A stretch of DNA of 32,000 bases, from assembly GCF_964059045.1 (NCBI RefSeq), contig NZ_OZ060402.1, positions 480,001 to 512,000 of the forward strand, in the 5' to 3' direction. The position numbers and the translations under genes are program-made. Below are positions 18,826-31,114 of this stretch, piece by piece (the first letter of the stretch is position 1; each line of letters begins with the position of its first letter). Origin of the DNA: Candidatus Saccharimonadota bacterium. GTDB taxonomy: Bacteria; Pseudomonadota; Gammaproteobacteria; Enterobacterales; Enterobacteriaceae. The notes below the pieces were generated by a model, which did not search any database, was not told where the DNA came from, and saw nothing but the letters and a program-made list of their open reading frames with translations.

Positions 18826-20700
18826 ATGAATATTAACAAAAAAACTACATATAATTTTCAATCAGAATCAAAACAATTATTAAATCTAATGATTCATTCT
18901 TTATATTCCAATAAAGAAATTTTTATTAGAGAATTAATTTCTAATGCTGCTGATTCTATAGAAAAACTAAATTTTTATTCTATTTCTCAACCAAATTTAT
19001 TTGAAAATGATCCAAATAATAAAATACAAATTTCAATTAAAGAAAAAGAGAAAATGTTAATTATTAGTGACAATGGAATAGGTATGAAATATCAAGAAGT
19101 TATTGATAATCTAGGAACTATTGCAAAATCAGGAACTAAAATATTTTTAGAATCTATAGAAAAAATTACAAAAAAAGATAATAAACTAATAGGAAAATTT
19201 GGAGTAGGATTTTATTCAGTATTTATTGTCTCTAAAAAAGTTTCTGTTTCTACTCGATATGCCGGTATGCCTATAGATCAAGCAGTATTATGGGAATCAT
19301 CTGGAGAAGGAGAATTTACTGTATCACTAATTAAAAAAGAAACTAGAGGAACAGAAATAAAGCTATATCTTAAACCAGAAGAAGAAGATTTTCTACAATC
19401 ATGGAAAATTAAAAATATTATTAACAAATACACCGATCATATTAGTATTCCTATAGAAATAGAATCATTTGATCCAAAAAGTAAAATATATTCTTGGGAA
19501 AAAATAAATAAAGCATCAGCATTATGGACAATCAAAAAAAATAATATTAATGAACAACAATATAAAGATTTTTATAAACAAATTACAAATGAAGACAATG
19601 AACCATTAACATGGAGTCATAATCAAGTTGAAGGGAAAATAGAATACATTAGTTTAATTTATATTCCTTCAAAATCTACATGGGATTTATGGAATAAAGA
19701 AAATAAACATGGTTTAAAATTATACATTAAACGTATTTATATTATGGATAATGCTGAACAATTTCTTCCTAATTACCTTAGATTTATTAAAGGTATTATT
19801 GATTCTAATGATTTACCATTAAATATTTCTAGAGAAATATTACAAGAAAATAAAATTAGTCAAAAACTCAAAACATCTATTACTAAAAAAATATTACTAA
19901 TGTTAGAAAAATTGTCAAATCAAGATAATGAAAAATATAAAATTTTTTGGAAAGAATTTGGTTTAGTTTTTAAAGAAGGACCAGCAGAAGATCAAGAAAA
20001 TAAAGAAATGATACTTAATTTATTAAGATTTACATCAATTAAATTAAACCATAAAGAACAAACATTATCATTGAAAGATTATGTAAAAAATATGTTACCG
20101 GAACAAGAAAAAATTTATTTTATTACTGCTGATAATTATGATTCAGCATATAGTAGTCCTCATTTAGAATTATTTAAACAAAAAAATATAGATGTTCTAC
20201 TGTTGTCTGATCGTATTGATGAATGGATGATGAATTATATTACAGAATTTCAAGGAAAAAAATTTCAATCAGTGAGTACTACAGATAATTCAATTGATAA
20301 ATTAACTAATAAAAATTCTATAGAAAACAAAGATAATAAAAATGAAATATTGTTATTTATAAAAAAAATAAAAACCATATTAGGAAATCAAATTAAAGAT
20401 GTTCGATTAACTTATCGATTGACTAATACCCCTGCTATAGTAGTAACTGATGCTAATGCTATGACAACACAAATGGCAAAATTATTTTTAGCAGCTGGTC
20501 AAACAGTAAATCCTATACAATACATATTAGAAATCAATCCAGATCATAAATTCATTCAAAAAATTATTAATATTAAAGATGATACAATTAAAGATTGGAT
20601 TCAATTACTTTTAGAACAAGCATTACTTGCAGAAAAAGGAACATTAGAAAACCCTAATAAATTTATTAGTTTAATGAACAATTTATTTTTAAATAATTAA
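18826..20700 (+). CDS. htpG: Hsp90-family chaperone HtpG
   Basis: 624 aa, the same length as E. coli. ELISNAADS, DNGIGM and GKFGVGFYS motifs are present. An AAGGA SD lies upstream. Confidence 0.97.
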   Translation: MNINKKTTYNFQSESKQLLNLMIHSLYSNKEIFIRELISNAADSIEKLNFYSISQPNLFENDPNNKIQISIKEKEKMLIISDNGIGMKYQEVIDNLGTIAKSGTKIFLESIEKITKKDNKLIGKFGVGFYSVFIVSKKVSVSTRYAGMPIDQAVLWESSGEGEFTVSLIKKETRGTEIKLYLKPEEEDFLQSWKIKNIINKYTDHISIPIEIESFDPKSKIYSWEKINKASALWTIKKNNINEQQYKDFYKQITNEDNEPLTWSHNQVEGKIEYISLIYIPSKSTWDLWNKENKHGLKLYIKRIYIMDNAEQFLPNYLRFIKGIIDSNDLPLNISREILQENKISQKLKTSITKKILLMLEKLSNQDNEKYKIFWKEFGLVFKEGPAEDQENKEMILNLLRFTSIKLNHKEQTLSLKDYVKNMLPEQEKIYFITADNYDSAYSSPHLELFKQKNIDVLLLSDRIDEWMMNYITEFQGKKFQSVSTTDNSIDKLTNKNSIENKDNKNEILLFIKKIKTILGNQIKDVRLTYRLTNTPAIVVTDANAMTTQMAKLFLAAGQTVNPIQYILEINPDHKFIQKIINIKDDTIKDWIQLLLEQALLAEKGTLENPNKFISLMNNLFLNN

Positions 20701-20776
20701 TAATAAAAATAACTAAAAAATAAAAAATAGTTCATTATTTAAAATATTGAACTATTAAATAAATTTCAAAACAAAT

Positions 20777-20818
20777 AACAAGTTGATTGAATTATAGTAA
20801 TAATTTAATCAACTTGTT
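20777..20818 (+). terminator. candidate intrinsic terminator of htpG
   Basis: The 12-bp stem AACAAGTTGATT / AATCAACTTGTT can be extended by inner AU pairs. It is followed by the U-rich run TTAAATATTTTT. It lies 77 nt after the htpG stop. Confidence 0.5.
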
Positions 20819-20841
20819 TAAATATTTTTAAAGGATATTTT

Positions 20842-21489
20842 ATGAAAATAATTTTAATAGGAGCTCCAGGAACAGGAAAAGGAACACAATCAAACTTTAT
20901 TCAAAAAATATATAACATACCAAAAATATCCACAGGAGATTTATTAAGGAAAATTTCAATCAAAAACAATAAAAAAAATGATAGTGCAATATTCGATCAA
21001 TTAAAAAAAGGAAAACTTATTAATGATAATATTATTATAGACTTAATAATCAAAAGAATTAATAAAAAAGATTGCAAAAATGGTTTTTTACTAGATGGAT
21101 TTCCAAGAACTATTATTCAAGCAACAAATATAGAAAAAAATAACATAAAAATAGATCATGTAATTTACTTTTGGTTGCCCGAAAAATTAATTATAGATAG
21201 AATTATAGGTAGACAAATACATATTGCGTCTGGTAGAATTTATCATGAAAAATTAAATCCACCTAAAAGAAAAGGAATAGATGATATTACTGGAGAAAAA
21301 TTAATAACTAGATTAGACGATTGTAAAAATACTATTAAAAAAAGAATAGAAGAATATAATATATTCACTGCTCCTCTAATACAATATTATATTGAAAAAT
21401 TTAATCAAAATAAAATAATATTTAACAAAATAGACTGTAGAGATTCTATTTTTGATATAAAAATAAAAATAAATAATATATTAAAATAA
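20842..21489 (+). CDS. adk: adenylate kinase
   Basis: 215 aa. It has the P-loop GAPGTGKGTQ. The lid region GRQIHIASGRIYHEKLNPPK...DDITGEKLITRLDD is collinear with E. coli Adk. Confidence 0.97.
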   Translation: MKIILIGAPGTGKGTQSNFIQKIYNIPKISTGDLLRKISIKNNKKNDSAIFDQLKKGKLINDNIIIDLIIKRINKKDCKNGFLLDGFPRTIIQATNIEKNNIKIDHVIYFWLPEKLIIDRIIGRQIHIASGRIYHEKLNPPKRKGIDDITGEKLITRLDDCKNTIKKRIEEYNIFTAPLIQYYIEKFNQNKIIFNKIDCRDSIFDIKIKINNILK

Positions 21490-21513
21490 TAAAAATAAAT
21501 ATAAAAAATATAT

Positions 21514-21587
21514 TGCGTTCTATAGGATTCGAACCTATGACCTACGGCTTAGAAGGCCGTTGCTCTATCCAACTGAGCTAAGAACGC
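21514..21587 (-). tRNA. tRNA-Arg (anticodon UCU)
   Basis: The reverse complement folds as a cloverleaf: acceptor GCGUUCU/AGAACGC, anticodon stem ACGGC/GCCGU, loop CUUCUAA, T arm AUAGG-UUCGAAU-CCUAU. The 3' CCA is not encoded. Confidence 0.92.
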
Positions 21588-21607
21588 TTTCTTAAAAATA
21601 AAAATAT

Positions 21608-21637
21608 AGTATACTTCTTAAATATAATACAGGTCAA
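21608..21637 (-). promoter_or_regulatory. candidate sigma-70 promoter for tRNA-Arg: TTGACC-N18-TATACT
   Basis: The -35 element is at 21637..21632 and the -10 at 21613..21608 (minus strand). The -10 ends 20 nt upstream of the mature tRNA 5' end. The match is by consensus only. Confidence 0.35.
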
Positions 21638-21729
21638 TATTATTTTGATTTTTTTAAATTGATAAAAGATTAATTATATTTTTAAATATATTAATCAAAT
21701 CTTACAAACAGGAAATAAAGAAATTTATT

Positions 21730-22590
21730 ATGAAATCAAAAATTATAAATGGAAGTTTAATAGCAAATCAAATCAATTCTAATATAAAAAAAAGAATACA
21801 AAAAATAATCAAAAATGGAAAAAGACATCCAGGTTTAGCGATTATCTTTATTGGTGATAATATTGCATCTGAAATTTATATTAAAAAAAAAGAAAAATTA
21901 TGTCATGAAGTCGGTATAAAATCTACTATTATACATATCCGAGAAAACATTACTGAAAAAAAAATATTATCTAATATTCATCAATTAAATGAAGATGAAA
22001 ATATTGACGGAATTTTAATACAATTACCTATTCCAAAAAATATCAATCCTATTAAATTACTCAGTCAAATTAATATCAATAAAGACGTAGATGGATTACA
22101 TCCATATAATACTGGACTTTTATGCCAACGTTCCCCTCGATTACGTTCATGTACTCCATATGGTATCATTACTTTGCTAAAAAAATATCATATAAACACT
22201 TATGGATTACATGCAGTTATAATAGGAGCATCTAATATTGTTGGAAGACCAATGAGTATGGAATTACTTTTAGTTGGATGCACTATTACTGTTACTCATA
22301 AATTTACTAAAAATTTAAAAAATCACGTAAGAAATGCAGATCTATTAATAGTTGCAGTAGGGATTCCAAATTTTATTAATGGAAAATGGATTAAAAAAGG
22401 TGCAATTGTTATTGATGTTGGAATTAATAGATTAAAAAATGGTAAAGTTGTAGGAGATATCAATTTTGATTCTGCTATTATTAATGCTTCTTATATTACT
22501 CCTGTTCCAGGAGGAGTCGGACCAATGACAGTTTCAATATTATTAAAAAATACATTGCAATCTTATGAAAATAAAAAATACCTTTATTAA
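21730..22590 (+). CDS. folD: bifunctional methylenetetrahydrofolate dehydrogenase / methenyl-THF cyclohydrolase
   Basis: 286 aa. It contains [20 protein letters not shown] and [10 protein letters not shown] motifs. Confidence 0.96.
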   Translation: MKSKIINGSLIANQINSNIKKRIQKIIKNGKRHPGLAIIFIGDNIASEIYIKKKEKLCHEVGIKSTIIHIRENITEKKILSNIHQLNEDENIDGILIQLPIPKNINPIKLLSQININKDVDGLHPYNTGLLCQRSPRLRSCTPYGIITLLKKYHINTYGLHAVIIGASNIVGRPMSMELLLVGCTITVTHKFTKNLKNHVRNADLLIVAVGIPNFINGKWIKKGAIVIDVGINRLKNGKVVGDINFDSAIINASYITPVPGGVGPMTVSILLKNTLQSYENKKYLY

Positions 22591-22628
22591 AATTACTGTT
22601 TTATTAAAAATAATATTTTTAAATTTAA

Positions 22629-24032
22629 TTATTTTATAACATTCCAAATAGTACCATTAACCGTATCTTCAACATAGACACCAAGGGAAACCAATTTTTT
22701 TCTTAAAATATCCGCTTTTTTCCAATTATTTTGAATTCTATATTTTTTTCGTAATTCAATTAAAAATTCTATATGATGAAAATCATAATCATATTTTTTT
22801 AAATCATTATGAAAAAAATATTTTTTATAATCTAAATTAAAACCTAAAATTTTACCTAAAATACGTAATTTTAATGCAAAAAAATTAACTTTTTCTAATT
22901 TTATATCAATAAATTTATAATAATTTATTTTTTTTGCTAAATGTAATAAAATTTTTAAGGCTGAAGGTGTATTAAAATCATCTTGCATAAAATTATGAAA
23001 ATCCAATTCATATTTTGTTTGTGTTTTTTGAGAAGATATATAATTATTATCGGTATTATTTAAAGCAAAATAAATTTTTCTTAAACACAATTCTGCATGT
23101 TTTAAATTTTTTTCATTATAATATAAAGGACTTCTATAATGAGTAGAAAGACAAAAATAACGAATAGTTTCTCCATTAAATTTTTTAAATAAATCATTTA
23201 AAGTAAAAATATTATTTAAAGATTTAGACATTTTAAGATTGTTTAATACCAACATCCCTGAATGTATCCAATAATTTATAAATGATTTTTTATTATAACA
23301 AATAGACTGTGCTCTTTCATTTTCATGATGAGGAAATAAAAGATCAATTCCTCCACCATGAATATCAAATTTAGAATCTAAAAATTTATTGGCAATTGCT
23401 GAACATTCAATATGCCAACCAGGACGACCTTTACCCCATGGAGAATCCCAAAATGGTTCTGATAAATTATATACTTTCCATAAAACAAAATCTTTTTTAT
23501 TTTTTTTATAATCTGAATCTAAAGATGAATAAGTGTTAGATTTTATTTTTGTTAAAAATTGATTAGATAAAATTCCATAATCCAAATAACTATCAACGGA
23601 AAAAAATACATCACCGTTTTGACCAATATAAGCATGATTATTGTTAATTAATCCAATAATCATATTAATAATATATTCAATTGAATGTGTTACACGCGGT
23701 TCAATATCAGGTGGCAAGATATTTAATTTTTTAAAATTATCATGCATGGATGAAATTATACGATTAGTTAATTCTGAAAAATTTTCTTTATTTATTATAG
23801 ATTGATTAATAATTTTATCATCAATATCAGTAATATTACGTACATAATATACTGTATAACCACATTCCTGTAAATATCGAATAATACAATCAAAAACTAA
23901 AAAAGTTCTACCATGTCCAAGATGGCAATTATCATATACAGTTACTCCACAAACATATATGCTAACTTTTTTTTCTACAATTGATCTAAATATTTCTTTT
24001 TTTCTAGTTAACGTATTAAAAATCTTTAACAT
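22629..24032 (-). CDS. cysS: cysteine--tRNA ligase
   Basis: 467 aa. It has the class I HIGH motif (CHLGHGRT), KMSKS and the WHIECS zinc site context. A GGAG SD lies 8 nt upstream. Confidence 0.97.
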   Translation of the reverse strand: MLKIFNTLTRKKEIFRSIVEKKVSIYVCGVTVYDNCHLGHGRTFLVFDCIIRYLQECGYTVYYVRNITDIDDKIINQSIINKENFSELTNRIISSMHDNFKKLNILPPDIEPRVTHSIEYIINMIIGLINNNHAYIGQNGDVFFSVDSYLDYGILSNQFLTKIKSNTYSSLDSDYKKNKKDFVLWKVYNLSEPFWDSPWGKGRPGWHIECSAIANKFLDSKFDIHGGGIDLLFPHHENERAQSICYNKKSFINYWIHSGMLVLNNLKMSKSLNNIFTLNDLFKKFNGETIRYFCLSTHYRSPLYYNEKNLKHAELCLRKIYFALNNTDNNYISSQKTQTKYELDFHNFMQDDFNTPSALKILLHLAKKINYYKFIDIKLEKVNFFALKLRILGKILGFNLDYKKYFFHNDLKKYDYDFHHIEFLIELRKKYRIQNNWKKADILRKKLVSLGVYVEDTVNGTIWNVIK

Positions 24033-24103
24033 GAAAAATCTCCATGAACATTTATATATATATTAAATATATAATTATTAAATAATTCATTATTGATCAA
24101 AAA

Positions 24104-24259
24104 TTAATTTATTATAAAAATATTATTTAGATTAATTAAAATAATATTCATAAATAAAAAAAAATAATATATAATTTATCAACATAAAATATATATTATT
24201 TTTTTTTATTTATGAATATTATTTTAATTAATCTAAATAATATTTTTATAATAAATTAA
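24104..24259. repeat. perfect 70-bp inverted repeat with a 16-nt spacer in the divergent cysS/ybeD spacer
   Basis: Arms 24104-24173 and 24190-24259 are exact reverse complements (70/70, verified base by base). The spacer is ATTTATCAACATAAAA. Each arm carries a TATAAT facing outward. Confidence 0.95.
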
Positions 24260-24316
24260 CAAAATCCGAATAATTAAATTAAGAATATCAATTATTTAAA
24301 AATTAGAAGGTAAATA

Positions 24317-24580
24317 ATGAGAAAAAAACTACAAGAAATGTTAACATTTCCTTGTTATTTTACATATAAAATAATTGGACTTTCTCGTCCTGAATTAATT
24401 GACCAAATTATAAGAGTTGTACAACTATGTATACCTGGAGATTACGTTCCTCAAGTAAAGTCTAGTAATAAAGGAAATTATTTATCTATTTCAATTACTA
24501 TTTGTGCAAATGATTTTACACAAATTGAACAATTATATAATGAAATTAGTCAAATTAGTATGGTTAGAATGGTTTTTTAA
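24317..24580 (+). CDS. ybeD: UPF0250 / DUF493 family protein YbeD
   Basis: 87 aa. FPCYFTYKIIG, PGDYVP, SSNKGNYLSISITI and VRMVF align with E. coli YbeD (FPTPFTYKVMG, PGDYTP, SSKGNYHSVSITI, VRMVL). Confidence 0.92.
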   Translation: MRKKLQEMLTFPCYFTYKIIGLSRPELIDQIIRVVQLCIPGDYVPQVKSSNKGNYLSISITICANDFTQIEQLYNEISQISMVRMVF

Positions 24581-24740
24581 AATTTTTATATACAATTGAT
24601 TGTATAATAACAAATATAGAAATTTATTGTAAAATATTAAAAAAAAATATTATTCATTTTCAATAAAATATTATTAATTTGATTGAAATATATTTATTAA
24701 TAAAATAAAAAATCAATCATTATTCCAAAATATATTTTTT

Positions 24741-24775
24741 TAGAGCATGTAGAATAAAAATTCCTACACGCTCTA
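24741..24775. terminator. stem-loop between convergent ybeD and cspE; candidate terminator with non-canonical flanks
   Basis: TAGAGCATGTAG / CTACACGCTCTA form 12 positions with one A-C mismatch. This is a GC-containing island 50 nt past the cspE stop. A T run precedes the stem on the + strand, and no U tract follows on either strand. Confidence 0.35.
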
Positions 24776-24824
24776 CTGCTATAAAAATATAAAACTAAAA
24801 AATAAAATCTAAGACTACAAAAAA

Positions 24825-25034
24825 TTATAAACTAATAACATTAGCAGCTGATGGACCTTTAGCGCCTTCAGTAATTTCAAATTCAACACTTTGACCTTCA
24901 GTTAAAGTTTTAAATCCATTACTTTGGATTGCTGAAAAATGAACAAAAACATCTTTACTTCCATCTTCAGGAGTGATAAATCCAAAACCTTTAGACTCAT
25001 TAAACCACTTAACATTACCTTTAATCTTAGACAT
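24825..25034 (-). CDS. cspE: cold-shock-domain protein CspE
   Basis: 69 aa. It is almost identical to E. coli CspE ([37 protein letters not shown]...). Confidence 0.98.
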   Translation of the reverse strand: MSKIKGNVKWFNESKGFGFITPEDGSKDVFVHFSAIQSNGFKTLTEGQSVEFEITEGAKGPSAANVISL

Positions 25035-25234
25035 CTATTATTACCTTACATGAAAATATATACTATACTTAAACAATAAGTTAGTAAATTAAATATAGTG
25101 ATTGTGTTAAAAAATGATTTTTTAAAAATAAAAAATTTTCTAATATAAAAAAAAATAAAAATATTAATTTTATATAAAAATATTTTAAACAAATAATGTT
25201 TTTTAAATTAGAATTTTATAATTTTTAATAAAAG

Positions 25235-25249
25235 AATAACAATGTTATT
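25235..25249 (-). terminator. weak AU hairpin plus U-rich tail about 90 nt downstream of 5S; possible rRNA-operon terminator
   Basis: AATAAC / GTTATT is followed on the minus strand by CUUUUAUU. The stem is short and weak. Confidence 0.2.
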
Positions 25250-25340
25250 GTATTATTTTTAATAATATAAATTTTAAAAAATTTAATAAATTTAATACAT
25301 AAAAAATAACATTATAATAAAAATAGGAAAGAGATTTTTA

Positions 25341-25460
25341 ATGCCTGGTAATTTCCTACTCTCACACAGGGAGACCCTGCACTACCATCGGCGTAAAAAT
25401 GTTTCACTTCTGAGTTCGGAATGGGATCAGGTGGTACCATATTGCTATTATCACCAGGCA
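25341..25460 (-). rRNA. rrf: 5S ribosomal RNA
   Basis: The reverse complement UGCCUGGUGAUAAUAGC...CCGAACUCAGAAGUGAAAC...GAGAGUAGGAAAUUACCAGGCAU is collinear with E. coli 5S. Length is 120 nt. Confidence 0.97.
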
Positions 25461-25541
25461 AATTATATTTTATTTTATATATTGTAATTTGTCAACAAGA
25501 TTATTTATATTTATTATTTATCAAAACACCTCTGGTGTTGT

Positions 25542-28458
<2,917 letters not shown>

Positions 28459-28617
28459 TTACAACCCACAGGTGTTTCAAAATTAAAATAATAAATATTT
28501 TTCTTGTTGCCAAATTTTTAAAGAGCATTTTAATAAAAAATTACATAAAAATTATAACTTCAACAATATAACATAAAAAAATCAAATAGTATACAAATAA
28601 TTAATAAATCTAATCTA

Positions 28618-28689
28618 TGTCCCCTAGGGGATTTGAACCCCTGTTGCCGCCGTGAAAGGGCGATGTCCTAACCACTAGACGAAGGGGAC
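28618..28689 (-). tRNA. tRNA-Glu (anticodon UUC)
   Basis: The reverse complement GUCCCCUUCGUCUAGUGGUUAGGACAUCGCCCUUUCACGGCGGCAACAGGGGUUCAAAUCCCCUAGGGGAC is near-identical to E. coli tRNA-Glu. The CCA is not encoded. Confidence 0.95.
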
Positions 28690-28719
28690 GAATATTTATA
28701 TTTTTTACAATATTTTTAT

Positions 28720-28749
28720 ATACTAATATTATTAATATAAAAGAGTCAA
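28720..28749 (-). promoter_or_regulatory. candidate promoter of the tRNA-Glu-23S-5S unit: TTGACT-N18-TAGTAT
   Basis: The -35 element at 28749..28744 is the only G/C-containing motif in this spacer. The -10 at 28725..28720 matches 4/6. AT-rich UP-like sequence lies upstream. The mature tRNA 5' end is about 30 nt downstream of the -10. Confidence 0.35.
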
Positions 28750-28848
28750 GTTTTATTTTAAATTTTAAAATTTTATATAATTTTTTATAATAAAAATAAT
28801 TTTTAAAATTAATTATAGTATTTATTTTTTAAAAAATATTAATATAAA

Positions 28849-28942
28849 ATAACACATATTTTTATATTAACGCATATATGGCATATATTGATACGTATAT
28901 CAATATATGCCATATATGCGTTAATATAAAAATATGTGTTAT
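28849..28942 (-). terminator. perfect 45-bp stem / 4-nt loop hairpin 16 nt after the aroE stop; probable intrinsic terminator insulating aroE from the rRNA unit
   Basis: Arms 28849-28893 and 28898-28942 are exact reverse complements (45/45, verified). The loop is CGTA. On the minus strand the stem is followed by UUUAUAUU. Confidence 0.6.
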
Positions 28943-28958
28943 CCAAAATAAAAATTAT

Positions 28959-29792
28959 TTATGTACATTTTAATAATTTTTTTAAAGAATTAATAACTGG
29001 ATCTACTTTTGGTCGAATTCCATGCCATAAGAAAAAAGAAGCTGCAGCTTGATTAACTAACATTCCTATACCATTTTTTATATATTTTGCTCCATTTTTT
29101 TGACACAAAATTAAAAATGGAGTTAGACCAGATTGGTAGTACATATCATAAAAATATTTACTATTATTCAAAACTTCATCTGGTATGACGAGTTTGTCAC
29201 CCGTTATACCAGATGAAGTAGCATTAATAATTAAATCAAAAGATAAATGATATAAATCGTTTAACATAACAGCTTTTATATTTCCATATTTTGAAAAGTG
29301 TGAAACTAATATTTTTGCATTATTATACGTTCTATTAAAAATAAAAATAGAACAATTAAAATCCAATAAAGAACCTATTACACCATAAGCAGCACCACCT
29401 GCTCCCAATAACAATATATTATTATTTTTTTGGATAAAATTTAAATGACATAAATCATATAACAAACCTTCTCCATCAGTGTTATCACCTAAAATAATTC
29501 CGTTTTTAAATTTTTTCAAAGTATTAACAGAATGAGCTAATTTCGCACGATAAGTTAATACATCTGAAAAAAAAAATGCTTGTTTTTTAAATGGAGCAGT
29601 AATATTAACACCTTCTCCTCCATTATTAAAAAAACCAGTTAAAAAATCAATGAAATTATTTTTAAAAACTTTTTTTGAACAATATTGATGTTGAATTCCT
29701 GTTTGTTCAGAAAATTTTTTATGGATAAAAGGGGATTGAGAATGCTTAATAGGATTACCGATTACAATAAATTTAGATAAATAATTATCCAT
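28959..29792 (-). CDS. aroE: shikimate 5-dehydrogenase
   Basis: 277 aa. It contains GNPIKHSQSP, NITAPFK, NTDGEG and GAGGAA motifs. Its start overlaps the tsaC stop by 8 nt. Confidence 0.95.
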   Translation of the reverse strand: MDNYLSKFIVIGNPIKHSQSPFIHKKFSEQTGIQHQYCSKKVFKNNFIDFLTGFFNNGGEGVNITAPFKKQAFFFSDVLTYRAKLAHSVNTLKKFKNGIILGDNTDGEGLLYDLCHLNFIQKNNNILLLGAGGAAYGVIGSLLDFNCSIFIFNRTYNNAKILVSHFSKYGNIKAVMLNDLYHLSFDLIINATSSGITGDKLVIPDEVLNNSKYFYDMYYQSGLTPFLILCQKNGAKYIKNGIGMLVNQAAASFFLWHGIRPKVDPVINSLKKLLKCT

Positions 29793-30372
29793 GACGAATT
29801 ATTTCCCCTGTTAAAATATTTATTATATTCGAAGGATTTTTTTTTACACCTAATTTGCCAGTCAATAACTGGATTTTATTGCCAAATTGTTGAAAAAAAT
29901 CTTTTTTTGTACGACATGGTAAACTACCAGTTATATTAGCACTAGTAGAAATAATTGGTTTTCCAAAATTTAAACAAAGTTTTTTTAATAAGGAATGATT
30001 AGTAATACGAACAGCTATTAAGGATGAATTACCTACTAACCAATATGGTATTGTATGCTTTGCTGGTAATAATAATGTTGTATGACCGGGCCATAAAGAA
30101 AAAAATTTCTTTTTATGTAATATTGAAATTTTATCTTCTAATAAATAAGGTTTTAATTGATGATAATTTGCTGCTACTAGTATAAAACCTTTTTTAATAC
30201 ATCTATTTTTTAATTGAATTAATTTCATTACTGCTGATTTGTTATCTGGATCACAACCTAAACCAAATACAGATTCTGTAGGATAGGCTATAACATTATT
30301 TTGACGTAATTGTTTTAAACTATCATATAAAGAAATAATATTACATTGATAATTATCATCACTATATTTCAA
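29785..30372 (-). CDS. tsaC: threonylcarbamoyl-AMP synthase (YrdC/TsaC)
   Basis: 195 aa. VIAYPTESVFGLGCDPDN and GKPIISTSANITG align with E. coli YrdC. The first codon at 30372 is TTG, preceded by AAGAG. No in-frame ATG is available before the conserved core. Confidence 0.9.
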   Translation of the reverse strand: MKYSDDNYQCNIISLYDSLKQLRQNNVIAYPTESVFGLGCDPDNKSAVMKLIQLKNRCIKKGFILVAANYHQLKPYLLEDKISILHKKKFFSLWPGHTTLLLPAKHTIPYWLVGNSSLIAVRITNHSLLKKLCLNFGKPIISTSANITGSLPCRTKKDFFQQFGNKIQLLTGKLGVKKNPSNIINILTGEIIRHG

Positions 30373-30609
30373 AATATTCTCTTAATAAATAATTTTTAAA
30401 TTATAATAAAAGATTATATTAATATGTTTAGTAAAAATTGAAAATAAAATATAAAAATATTCAATTAAATATTTTTAAAAATATATATCTCAATAAAAAT
30501 AATATTTTATATATTCAATATAAAAACTAAAAAATTTAAGCTTTAAATTTAAATAAAAAAGTTTATAATAATTAATAATGATTATTAATTAAAACATATC
30601 AAAATATCT

Positions 30610-31110
30610 ATGTCAGTCCTAAATCTATTATATTATCCAGATCCAGGTTTAAGAATAAAAGCTCAACCAGTTAAGATTTTCAACAACCAAATTAATAAAA
30701 TTATACATGACATGTTTGATACAATGTATGCTCAAGATGGAATAGGGCTTGCTGCACCTCAAGTAGGTATAAATCTAAAAATAATTGTAATTAATATCAA
30801 TCAAATGGAAGAAATAGTATTAATTAATCCTCAATTAATAGAATATTTTGGTAATTCTTATGTTGAAGAAGGATGTTTATCTATTCCTGATCAAAGATCT
30901 AAAATAAATAGATCACAAACAATTAAAATTAAAGCAATCAACAAACAAGGTGAAAAAATTGAAATTATAGCATCATCTTTACTGGCAATTTGTATTCAAC
31001 ATGAAATGGATCATTTAGAAGGTAAATTATTTATTGATCATTTGTCTCTTATAAAAAAACAAAGAATAGAAAAAAAAATAAAAAAATTAATTAAATTAAA
31101 TAAAATATAA
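30610..31110 (+). CDS. def: peptide deformylase
   Basis: 166 aa. All three PDF motifs are present: GIGLAAPQ, EGCLS and HEMDH. Confidence 0.97.
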   Translation: MSVLNLLYYPDPGLRIKAQPVKIFNNQINKIIHDMFDTMYAQDGIGLAAPQVGINLKIIVININQMEEIVLINPQLIEYFGNSYVEEGCLSIPDQRSKINRSQTIKIKAINKQGEKIEIIASSLLAICIQHEMDHLEGKLFIDHLSLIKKQRIEKKIKKLIKLNKI

Positions 31111-31114
31111 AAAT

